Source: Trichoplax adhaerens (lineage: Eukaryota > Animalia > Placozoa). Taken from it: DNA of 64,000 nt. This document shows positions 12,271 to 23,628 of this stretch, piece after piece. Under the pieces are notes generated by a model, which worked only from the letters and a program-made list of their open reading frames with translations, was not told the origin of the DNA and searched no databases. The position numbers were made by a program, and so were the translations under genes. Numbering within the stretch: position 1 is the stretch's first letter; every line of letters starts with the position of its first letter. The stretch covers positions 62,001 to 126,000 of the forward strand of contig NW_002060957.1 of assembly GCF_000150275.1 (NCBI RefSeq), given 5' to 3'.

Positions 12271-12830
12271 TGTGTTGCATATAAGTATTTTCTCTTAATT
12301 TGTCATCTTCTTGTAGGATTATAATAGATAATCGATAAAGATTATTGAACCTTGGATTTGCTCACTTTACCAACTTTAGCTATCGTTAAATTGATTGCCT
12401 AATTTAACCTTAAGTTATCATCAATGACTCTTGGAATTACGACATTTCTAGCGAGGAGTAGTAATTATACTTGAAAGCATGATGTGTTGTGTATTACTTT
12501 TTTAATAGGTCATCTTTTTATAGGGTTATAATATGGTAATTGATAAATATAGATTAAATTACTCTAATTTATCAACCATAATTATCATTAAATTGACTAC
12601 CTAATTTAACCTTAAGTAATCATGAATAAATCTTGGATTTCGAAATTTACGGTAAACAATTTAAATTATACTTGAAACTATCATACTGTGTAGTGTTGTA
12701 TATGATTATTCTTTAAATCTCTTTGCAGGATTGTAATATGATAATTATATAATTGATAACTAAATAATGCTTTAATTATTTTTATCAACTTTAGCTATCG
12801 TTAGATTGACTAAATACTTTAGCCTCCAGT
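12200..12830. repeat. ~210 bp tandem repeat x3 made from the last ~70 coding bases plus 3' flank of paralog 3; further copies at ~17845-18270
   Basis: The gene end atcatgaatgaatcgtggaattatgatatttccagtgaagagtttaaattatgcttgaa recurs in degenerate form at ~12417, 12619, 17932 and 18135. Confidence 0.8.
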
Positions 12831-13799
12831 TAATAAAGTACAGCGATGCATTAATAATTGATCAATGCTATTTAAATTAGTTATCTTAATTTAACCTACG
12901 GTAATGAGCTTAGTACCCTTTTACTAAAGCACAAATACGCGTTGTATTTCGCGGACTATGATATTCGTGCGTAAGTCATCAGTTCGTCTCTAAATTTGTC
13001 AATTTAATGTTCCTATTTTCTCATGATCCATTTAAGTAGCCAAAAATAATGGATACGCGGTAATTTACAAGATGCCGTTGTAGTGATGTGCCCCATATTT
13101 GATTATAAGGATAGCTATATTTGATTGTGTTAATTGCTATATTTGATGCAGTTAGGTTACTAAGAATAGATATTATCGTAAAGCTAATATTAGACGATTG
13201 ATAACTACTGTATTCGAAATTTCTGATGACTAATATTAGCCAGTTGACTATTCATATGACTAGAACACTGTCATTGTGAAGATGCCCAACACCGAAAGGT
13301 GCTGGACATTGATAGAAGAGCAGTGATATCTTAAGTAGAATGCTTCAGTTTGGAGAAGATAATGATGTTCTATTTCAAGAAAAGTATTCTATTTGATGAC
13401 TCATGTCTGATTGTAGATTAATTAAGTTGTCATAAATGGGTTTAGTGAAATTATTTCAGAACTGCAGAGATAAACTCACGGAGAGAGAAGAGACTTTACT
13501 TCACTTTCGGCTCGGAATACTTTAGATTTTAGATTAGATTCTTGTAGTAATCAATTATTGCTCTACTATTTCTAAAACGTTGTACTAAAAGCTTTTAGAA
13601 AATACCATTGACTAAGACAAGTTATTGTGAGACACATTTATTACAGCTGTACGGATGATTTTGGCTCATATGAAGGATGTTTGGGCAAGAATGATAGTCT
13701 CTGATAATAATTGTAATCCATCGAATCTGCAACTAGGTGTATGGAATAAATTAAAATTAGGAGCGTCAAAGCTATCGGCTAATGTTATTGGATTAAGAC

Positions 13800-14645
13800 T
13801 TTAATACGACTTTAATTAACAGACAAAATTCCGGAGAATATGATATCGCCGTGGCTGATTCATCTACAGTTTAAAAGCAGCTGTAGGTAATGAAAATATG
13901 AGCTGAACCTGATCTACAAATTCTATACAGCGCTTTCGTATTGGAAGGCTGATAAAGAGTCCAAGCAGTTCGTTTTTAAGCCGTAGCGACTCTTAAGGCA
14001 CAAATGCCGAAGAAAATGATATCGTCATAATGAATCGATGAATAATCTACAGTTTAAAAGCAGCTTTAGGTAGTAAATTATGACCTGAAGCTGATCAACC
14101 AATTACAGGATTAATTATAGGAGCCTTAACTAACATATTACTACAGCATTGGAAGTCTGGTAAGAGTTTGGGCAGTTCTTAAGCCATAACGACTTTAACA
14201 TCCAATTATCGGAGAAAATGATGTCATCATAACTGATCGATGATTAATCTACTAATTAAGAGCAATCCTAAAGTAGTAAAATAGGAGCTGAACCTGATCA
14301 ATCAATTATGAGAGTCTTCACTACAACTTCTGCATTGGAAGGCTGAAATGCAGGAGAAAATAATCTTGTCATAACTGATCGATGATTAATCTACAGTTTT
14401 TTAAGAGCAGCTCTAGGCAATAAAATACGAACTGAACCTGATTCAACCAATTTATATAATTATAGGAGTTTCAACTACAATTTTTTACATTGGAAGGTCA
14501 CTAAGGGTTCAGGTAATTAGTTTTTAAGCCATATCGAATATAACACACAAATGCCAAAGAAAATAATATCGTTATAACTGATCGATGACTAATCTACAGT
14601 TTAAGAGCCGCTCTAGGTAGTAAAATACGAGTTGAACCTGATTCG
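13800..14645. repeat. Degenerate ~180 bp tandem repeat x~5; homologous array x~4 at ~18270-18965
   Basis: Recurrent ggagaaaatgatatcgtcataactgatcgatgattaatctacagtttaagagcagctctaggtagtaaaatatgagctgaacctgatc. Confidence 0.9.
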
Positions 14646-15546
14646 ATCTGAGTATCTAGCTGCAGTAGTAGCTAATCCTGTACTCTACCCCTGCAATGCA
14701 AAGCTAATCATAATGCTACCGTGTTTATTCAAAAATCGCTAGGCATTTTACAAAATCATTAAATAAAATAACTCATTCTTAATTGACATCTTTCAGTTGG
14801 TTTATTCCTGCATAGTAATTTATTCATTTGGAGCTACGTATTGAATATTTCACATTCAGTTCAATACTTTTCATGATTTGCATAGTGCTTTAATTAATTT
14901 GCATAGTGCTTTCATTAAAACATAGAGTGCACTCTATTATCCCTTATTTGCAATACATTGCATAGGGACCAAGCATTCGTTTCTTCCATACGTTTTATTA
15001 TATTATGCAGTAAACACCCATAAATGATTAGTATAATACCGTACGGATTTCATCATTTTAGCTGTTCTAGAAATAGACAGCTATTACTGTTCTATCGCTA
15101 GACTTGGTAGCATTAGGCTTGCTGAAACATTGCTTCGACTTCTTCTTCAAGTGGTTGCTACAAGACGGTGTCGATAGCTAGGCATAGCTAACATCGTTGA
15201 GCTACGCCAAGTATTACAGTATTCAGTGACAGTAAACTGTTGTCGAAGTGGCGTTGGGCTTGGTGAGAAACTTCTTCAAGCGGTTACAACTAACGTTGGG
15301 ACAATTGCCTATCGGAGACAACAACTTGAACAACACAGCGAACATTGTAGAAGTACAGCAAGCATTTCTTACTCAGTTACACTAGACTGTTGTCCTAGTA
15401 GCGCTTAGCTTGTTCAGCTATTTCTCCTTCAATTGTTGCTACAAGTGTGGTAGAAACGGTGATTATTAGTCTCCATTTTACCATCTATTGACAGTGTCTG
15501 ACAGCAAGCATTAATTTAAAATTAAACCCTGGACCACTTAATCAAA

Positions 15547-16788
15547 ATGGGAGATCGTCACAACACACTTGGTCACTACGATATCACTGTCATTGGTGCT
15601 GGATCCATGGGATCTGCTTGTGCACGCCATTTAACCCAAATTTACAAGGGTAAAATATGCCTTGTCGGCCCTGATGAGCCAACAGTACCACGCCATCAGA
15701 GTGGTCGAAGTGTTTTCGCTGCATATTATGATCAAGGTAGAATTACTAGACATCTCGATGCAGATCCGGTATGGTGCCAATTAGCTAATCGATCGATACC
15801 ACGTTATCGACAATTGGAGAAAGCTACTGGTGTCCAATACTATCATGAACGTGGATTTCTTGTCCTTGGATCCAAAGATGATCCTAAAATTGCTCAAATC
15901 AACAAAGTAGCAGAAATGATTGGGTTTAACTACGAGCAATTAAGTTATACTGAGTTAAAACGACGATTCCCTTACTTACAAGTTCCTCATGACTTTATTG
16001 GATTATATGAGTCCACTGATGCTGGTTATATCTCTCCTCGTGGCCAAGTAGAAGCGGAAATAAAAGCAGCTACCGATAATGGCTGTACTCTCGTTCGAGA
16101 GATTGTCAATAAGGTCAGTAGAAATAACGACGGCGATTATATAATCATCACCGAAACCAATAAAGTTATCACCAGTCGTAAAATCGTAGTAGCAACGGGA
16201 GCCTTTACCTTATTTAAAGAAATTATACCGGATGACATTCGCCAACGGTTAGACATTCAATGTGGCACACAAACTGTAGTTAAATTACAAGTCAATGCTG
16301 CTGACAGACAACGTTATAGCAACATGCCATGTATGGTATATCTATGCCCAGAAGATCCGATGGAATACTGGTATTCATTGCCTCCAGTTCTTTATCCAGA
16401 CGGTCAATATTATCTAAAAATCGGTCATGGCGGTGATTTAATTAAAATAATGCCTACTCATAAGGACGTACTTAAGTGGTTTCATGGCCACGGTGATCCT
16501 AAAACTACAGATATATTAACTAAAGCAATGCTCAGTGTTCTACCTGGATTTAAGCCAGTATCCATAAAACCTGATGGTTGTGCTTATACAATCACACCAC
16601 ATAGCCATGTCATGATTGATAAAATTACTGAAAATATGGTGTTATTAAGTGGTGGCAATGGATATGCTGCAAAATCTTCTGATGAAATAGGTCGAGTTGG
16701 AGCACTGACGATTACCCATGACAACTGGCATTATGACATACCACAGGAAGCTTTCAAGTTATGCTTTAAACTGACTCCAAAACTGTAA
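15547..16788 (+). CDS. FAD-dependent sarcosine-oxidase-like oxidoreductase, paralog 4; intronless; C-terminal PKL (PTS1 variant)
   Basis: 413 aa ORF with VIGAGSMGS, YYDQGRITR, YLKIGH, DGCAYTIT and GGNGYAAKS; ends TPKL. Confidence 0.9.
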   Translation: MGDRHNTLGHYDITVIGAGSMGSACARHLTQIYKGKICLVGPDEPTVPRHQSGRSVFAAYYDQGRITRHLDADPVWCQLANRSIPRYRQLEKATGVQYYHERGFLVLGSKDDPKIAQINKVAEMIGFNYEQLSYTELKRRFPYLQVPHDFIGLYESTDAGYISPRGQVEAEIKAATDNGCTLVREIVNKVSRNNDGDYIIITETNKVITSRKIVVATGAFTLFKEIIPDDIRQRLDIQCGTQTVVKLQVNAADRQRYSNMPCMVYLCPEDPMEYWYSLPPVLYPDGQYYLKIGHGGDLIKIMPTHKDVLKWFHGHGDPKTTDILTKAMLSVLPGFKPVSIKPDGCAYTITPHSHVMIDKITENMVLLSGGNGYAAKSSDEIGRVGALTITHDNWHYDIPQEAFKLCFKLTPKL

Positions 16789-19700
16789 CCTATTCATAGC
16801 GTTCTAACTTGTGCTCAATCTGGATTGCCTTATTTTCCTTCATATTCAAGTATACTGTACAGCATGAGCTTAGTTCTACTTCATTTGAGTAATACTATAC
16901 TATAGACAAAAGTTAATTTTATAATGGATGGAAGACATATACTGTACATTCTTGATGTATTAGGATAGCTAATCATAAGGCCTTAGCACTCAATAGATTA
17001 TTCGCAATTGTGTTTGAAAATGTATCCATTTTTCAATGCCTCTGTATGCATTTCTTGCAGATTCTTCAATGTTTTACTACGATGTAAAACTGTTGTTTAA
17101 AGCTACGAAAATGTATTCAATAGCCTTCACAAGTAAACGCCTTACGCTTGTATATTAGGTTAGCTCATTAATTAAGCGACCGTAGTCAATGTTGTCTTAA
17201 ATGCTCTCAATTCAGTAACATTTTTGTAAGTCAATAGGGAATGTATGTAACTAAAAAATACACGTACAATCCAAGTCCTGAATCCACTATTAACAGCTAC
17301 AATCATGGATAGATTGATAATAACAACGCCAACTCATTCATTAAACATTGGCTACAGTTAGCCATGTACGAGATATCTCGTATAATATTATAGCATCTTT
17401 ATGCCTTTTTCTAGTAACGGTGTGAACTTGCTTTTCTATCCAAATTTTGAACCTCTGGTTTATTAAATTATGAATTAGATCGTACAAAAACAAATCTAAT
17501 AAGATTCTCTTAGCTATGTCGGTGCTCTTTTATCGTAGTTGGCAACACGAAATCTGTAATTCTACCAATGTGCCATGCAGTAGATTTAGTCAAGAATTTC
17601 TTACTACAAAATAATAATTCGAATTGTTTGAAGTTCATGAAATTTCACAATCTACGAACTATTTATTTAAGAATCAATAACTAACTGAAATAAGAGGCAG
17701 GAAATTACAACCTTTGTAATGATCAATACTCAGTTTTTAGTTGATAGACCATTTTTGTCTGTAACATATATTCTTAATTGAACACCAGAGCAGAAACAAG
17801 GAAACGGTTAGCTTCATGGAGATTGGAGGATAAATGTAACAAATAATCGATAAAGGTTATTGAACCTTGGATTTGCTCACTTTATCAACTTTAGCTATCG
17901 TTAGATTGATCATCTAATTTAATATTAAGTTATCATCAATGAATCTTGAAATTACGGCATTTCCAGCGATGAATTTAAATTATACTTGAAGGCATGATGT
18001 GCTGTGTATTACTTTTTTAATATAGCATGTTTTTTACAGGATTACAATAGGGTAACTGATCAATGTTGATTAAATTACTTTAATGTATCAACTAGAACCA
18101 TTGTTAAATTGACTACCTAAATTAACCTTAAGTTATGAATAAATCTTGAATTTCAATATTTCCAGTGACGAATTTAAAATTACACTTGAATTTATCAAAC
18201 AGTCTTCTGTTGTGTATATATTTATTTTCAATCTCTTTACACGATTATATGATAATTATACGTATAAAATTGATCAGTAAATAATGATGATTAATTTACA
18301 GTTTCAGAGCAGCTTTAAGTAATAAAACATGAGCTACTATAGACCGGATCAATGAATTACAGTATACAGTATATTATAATTATGAAAGTCTTAACTATAA
18401 TACCACAGTAGTTTCATTATTGAAATTTGGAAGGCTGACAAGGGTTCGGGTAGTTCATTTTTAACTCATAGAGACTTTATCAGACAAAATGCCGGAGAAA
18501 ATGATATCGTCACAACTGATCGATGATTAATCTACAGTTTAATAGCAGCTCTAGGTAGTAGAATATGAGTTGAACCTGATCAACTAATTACTGTATAAGA
18601 GTCTTAACTAAAATACTACTTCTGCATTGGAAGGCTGGTAAGGGTCCGGGTAGTTTTTTTAGACTATAACGACTTTAACACACAAATTTCCAAATATCGT
18701 CATAATTGATCGATAATTAATCCACAGTTTAAGAGCAGTTCTAGACAGTAAAATATGAATTAAACCTGATCAATCAATTATAATTATAGGAGCCTTAACC
18801 ACAATTTCTGTATTGGAAAGTTGATAGAGATCCGGGTACTTTTTAAGCCATAACAACTCGAATACATAGATATCGGAGAAAATGATGTCATTCTAATTGA
18901 TCGATGATTAATCTACAGTTTAAGAGCAGCTTTAGGTAGTAAAATAAGAGCTAAACCCAATTAAATCATAATAATCTAGCTGCAATTGTAGCTGATCCTG
19001 TCCACTACTTCTACACTGCAAGGCTAATAGGGGTCCGTCTGACCTACTATCGTAGTCCAAATAGAGCAAAGTAATTCATTATCAAATGACATCTTTCAGC
19101 TGGTTTATTCCTAAATAGTAATTAATTTATTCATTGGAGCTACGTATTGAATCACTATTTTACATTTAATTCCTTACCTTTCATGGTTTGCATAGTGCTT
19201 TCATGAAAGCATCGAGTGCAGTATTGTCTTTTAATATTTGCAATTAGCTTATGATACTTATGCGGTAAGCACTCGTCAATGGCATAATATAATACCGTAC
19301 AGATGATATCATTTTAGCCTTTATTGCCGCCACAGTTGGTAGCATCTTTTTAGGCTTGCTGAAATATTGCTTCTACTTCTTCTTCAAGTGATTGCTATAA
19401 GTAGCAAAGCGACAGTGACTGCAGACGGTATCGACAACAAGACAAAGCTAACATTATAGAGCTACGCCAAGTATTACAGTATTCAGTAACAGTAAACTGT
19501 TGTCGAAGTGGCGTTGGGCTTGGTGAGAAACTTCTTCAAGCGGTTACAACTAACGTTGGGACAATTGCCTATCAGACAACAACCTGAACAACACAGCGAA
19601 CATTGTAGAAGTACAGCAAGCATTTCTTACTCAGCTGCACTAGACTGTTGTCCTAGTAGCGCTTAGCTTGTTTAGCTATTTCTCCTTCAATTGTTGCTAC

Positions 19701-19805
19701 AAACGTGGTAGGAACGGTGATTACTAGCCTCCTTTTTACCATCTATTGACAGTGTCTGACAGCAAGCATTAATTTAAAATTAAACCCTGGACTCACTTAA
19801 TCAAA

Positions 19806-21047
19806 ATGGGAGATCGTCACAACACACTTGGTCACTACGATATCACTGTCATTGGTGCTGGATCCATGGGATCTGCTTGTGCACGCCATTTAACCCAAAT
19901 TTACAAGGGTAAAATATGCCTTGTCGGCCCTGATGAGCCAACAGTACCACGCCATCAGAGTGGTCGAAGTGTTTTCGCTGCATATTATGATCAAGGTAGA
20001 ATTACTAGACATCTCGATGCAGATCCGGTATGGTGCCAATTAGCTAATCGATCGATACCACGTTATCGACAATTGGAGAAAGCTACTGGTGTCCAATACT
20101 ATCATGAACGTGGATTTCTTGTCCTTGGATCCAAAGATGATCCTAAAATTGCTCAAATCAACAAAGTAGCAGAAATGATTGGGTTTAACTACGAACAATT
20201 AAGTTATACTGAGTTAAAACGACGATTTCCTTACTTACAAGTTCCTCATGACTTTATTGGATTATATGAGTCCACTGATGCTGGTTATATCTCTCCTCGT
20301 GGCCAAGTAGAAGCGGAAATCAAAGCAGCTACTGATAATGGCTGTACTCTCGTTCGAGAGATTGTCAATAAGGTCAGTAGAAATAACAACGGCGATTATA
20401 CAATCATCACCGAAACCAATAAAGTTATCACCAGTCGTAAAATCGTAGTAGCAACGGGAGCCTTTACCTTATTTAAAGAAATTATACCGGATGACATTCG
20501 CCAACGGTTAGACATTCAATGTGGCACACAAACTGTAGTTAAATTACAAGTCAATGCTGCTGACAGACAACGTTATAGCAACATGCCATGTATGGTGTAT
20601 CTATACCCAGAAGATCCGATGGAATTCTGGTATTCATTGCCTCCAGTTCTTTATCCAGACGGTCAATATTATCTAAAAATCGGTCATGGCGGTGATTTAA
20701 TTAAAATAATGCCTACTCATAAGGACGTACTTAAGTGGTTTCATGGCCACGGTGATCCTAAAACTACAGATATATTAACTAAAGCAATGCTCAGTGTTCT
20801 ACCCGGATTTAAGCCAGTATCCATAAAACCTGATGGTTGTGCTTATACAATTACACCACATAGCCATGTCATGATTGATAAAATAACTGAAAATATGGTG
20901 TTATTAAGTGGTGGCAATGGATGTGCTGCAAAATCTTCTGATGAAATAGGTCGAGTTGGAGCACTGACGATTACCCATGACAACTGGCATTATGATATAC
21001 CACAGGAAGCTTTCAAGTTATGCTTTAAACTGACACCAAAACTGTAA
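19806..21047 (+). CDS. FAD-dependent sarcosine-oxidase-like oxidoreductase, paralog 5; near-identical to paralog 4
   Basis: 413 aa ORF with five amino-acid differences from 15547..16788; ends TPKL. Confidence 0.9.
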   Translation: MGDRHNTLGHYDITVIGAGSMGSACARHLTQIYKGKICLVGPDEPTVPRHQSGRSVFAAYYDQGRITRHLDADPVWCQLANRSIPRYRQLEKATGVQYYHERGFLVLGSKDDPKIAQINKVAEMIGFNYEQLSYTELKRRFPYLQVPHDFIGLYESTDAGYISPRGQVEAEIKAATDNGCTLVREIVNKVSRNNNGDYTIITETNKVITSRKIVVATGAFTLFKEIIPDDIRQRLDIQCGTQTVVKLQVNAADRQRYSNMPCMVYLYPEDPMEFWYSLPPVLYPDGQYYLKIGHGGDLIKIMPTHKDVLKWFHGHGDPKTTDILTKAMLSVLPGFKPVSIKPDGCAYTITPHSHVMIDKITENMVLLSGGNGCAAKSSDEIGRVGALTITHDNWHYDIPQEAFKLCFKLTPKL

Positions 21048-21770
21048 CCTGTTAATAGCGTTCTAACTTGTGCTCAATCTGGATTGCCTTATTTTCCTTC
21101 ATATTCAAGTATACTGTACAGCATGAGCTTAGTCCTACTTCATATGAGTAAAACAATACCATAGACTAACTTAAATAATTTTATATTGCATGGAAGATAT
21201 GTCTATTCCATTCCATATGCAATAAGATAGCTAATCATAAGGTCTTGTCATCCAAGAGATCATTCGCAATCATGTTTGAAAACTTATCAATTTTTTAATC
21301 CCTACGTATGCATTTCTTGTAGGTTCTTCAAGGTTCTACTACAATGTAAAACTGTTATTTTAAGCTATAAAAATATATTCAAAAGCCGCTTTTCAATGTG
21401 TAACATCTGAAATAGACCAAGATAATGTATATCGAGAACATTTGCTATGTCGTTGATGATCACAAGCAACCGCCTTACACTTGCATATTAGGTTAGTTCA
21501 TTAGACGACCATTGTCAATGCTGTCATAAATGCACTCAATTCAGCAGCTTTTTGGTAAGCAAATAATGATTGTATACAACTAAAAATACACATACACGTA
21601 TAATCTAAGTCCTGAATCCACAGTTACAGCTATAATCATGACTATATTAATAATAACAACGGCAACCCAGTCATTAAAAATTGGCTACAGTTAGGCATGT
21701 ACGAGATCTCTCGTATGGTATCATAATATGTTCGTATTTATGCATTTTTTCTAATAACGGTGTGAGCTTA

Positions 21771-21810
21771 TTATATTTATTATTATTATTATTATTATTA
21801 TTTATTATTC
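21771..21810. repeat. (TTA)n microsatellite
   Basis: ttatatttattattattattattattattatttattattc; absent at the paralogous site (~17430). Confidence 0.9.
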
Positions 21811-23628
21811 TATCCAAATTATTAACCTCTGGTTTTTTAAATTATGAATTAGATCGTAATAAAATAAATCCATTAAGATTCTCTTAGCTAGAATGTCATC
21901 TATTACAGGAAGAAATAAAATTGGGAACCCATGGCAGCGCCCTTTCGTCGTTGTTAAAAACACGAGAATATGTAACGCCATCTATGTGCTATGTGGTAGA
22001 TGGACTCAAGAATTCTTATTGCAGGATAATAATTCTAAGTGTTCGATGTTTATGAAGGGTTTTCACATTCTACAGAATACTTTTTTAAGAATGAATAACT
22101 AAGAGAAATGAGAGACAGGAAATTACAACCTCTATAAATGATCAATCATCAGTAATTTAGTTGATAGACTATTTATACGATTCATTTATCTGCAATATAA
22201 ATTCCGAATTGAACACTAGAGCAGAAACAAGGATCAGTTAGCTTAACTGAGATTGAAAGATAAATGTTCAGGTATTTGAGAAAAATAAATCTTACACACT
22301 ATGCGATGCCCAAAGGACTTTAATTGCAGGTTACCACTATATTACCTTTCGGCTGTAGAGTTAAAACATAACACTTTACACGTATGCGTCTGCTTTTCTA
22401 ATTACTATTTTGCCATTAATTAGTATTGCTAAGCAGCTATTTCTTATTCATTAAAATGAATAAAGAGAGCCTATAGCATAATAGCTAAGATTGAATGCAA
22501 GGACTAAGCAATATTAATTATCTGCAATATGAAGTATTATTCTATAAAAAGAAGACTTCCTAATTAACATGGAAGAATATCATTAGATCAAAGGACAACT
22601 ATAACGTTCTTTAACCTAATCATCTTCCTAATATCGCGTAAAAGATGATTTATTAACATTAGGTTTCCAAAACTTGGTTAAAAACTTTCAACTCTACCCA
22701 GTTATGTTAGCTACAATTTATCAATAAGAATATAACAAGGCAAATCATGAATATTCAATAGATGCATTGCTGGTTTAAATCTCCTCCAATATTCCATGGT
22801 CTAGTTTATATTCATCAGCTTATTAATAGTCGAGAATATAGATTATTTAATTATAACCATGAATTCAAATGAAATAGGCGTTATCCTTTTGCGTACAGGA
22901 AACCATTGTCATGATTCCATTATCCGTACCCATATAGCAAAATATAGCTATAATGGATTTCCAGCAGCGTTACATTTTCATCAGTGTTGGTGGTCTTCTT
23001 TTAAAACAATTCAATACTATCTATCCTGGCAAAGAATTAAATTATAAAAGGTTGGAATGTTATTATTGATATCCTACTGAATGGCAATCCAGTACTAGAA
23101 GTCTAGTCCGTTCTTAACTGATTTAGTTCTATTTAAAATTGGTAATGCTAATTATTTCCATCGGTTTAATGACTATTTAATATGTAGCCTAACTAAATTA
23201 TTCCTTTATACAGTATTTCATTAATCAGCCGCTATACCAAGAAATACTTAAGCAAGCACTATATATGAACATTAACTAAGTTGAAATAAAGTTACACGAT
23301 TTTCATTTTCTTGCTGGGCAGAAGAGTAAGATATTTCTATCATATGGTATACGTCGAATTCATTCGTTGCCATGTCGAAAGATTTTAAGCAATTCCCTTC
23401 AAACTAGAAGCCACATAGAGCACAAAATTAGTACACCATCTCTACTTTTATTCGCTTTAGTATTGGATCTAATGAATTGAATGGATTATCGCTAGATGAT
23501 CATAAAGATTTTTCATCCTCGAATTCAATATCAGAAATTTGGACCTTGATAAGGTCTTCCAATAATTACAAATGAATCTTTAACTACTGTAGCCTCACTA
23601 GCCCAACCCTGTTAAAAGAGAAGCCAAC

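Larger units (their letters stand above)
12325..17838 (+). repeat. Tandem segmental duplication, copy A (contains paralog 4; has ~0.9 kb extra at ~12850-13780)
   Basis: Start atcgataaagattattgaaccttggatttgctcacttta matches ~17847; end gagcagaaacaagg...gataaatgt matches ~22218-22267. Confidence 0.85.
17842..22267 (+). repeat. Tandem segmental duplication, copy B (contains paralog 5)
   Basis: Collinear with 12325-17838; CDS offset is 4259 bp. Confidence 0.85.

Noticed and set aside
6850-21047. Bacterial contamination as the source of the intronless oxidases
   Set aside because: Contiguous with intron-rich animal genes, similarly AT-rich, long repeat-filled spacers, no operon structure, and PTS1 signals.
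15547-21047. Paralogs 4 and 5 as an allelic assembly artefact
   Set aside because: The flanks are clearly diverged, with large indels and no gap at the junction; long reads are needed to exclude it fully.
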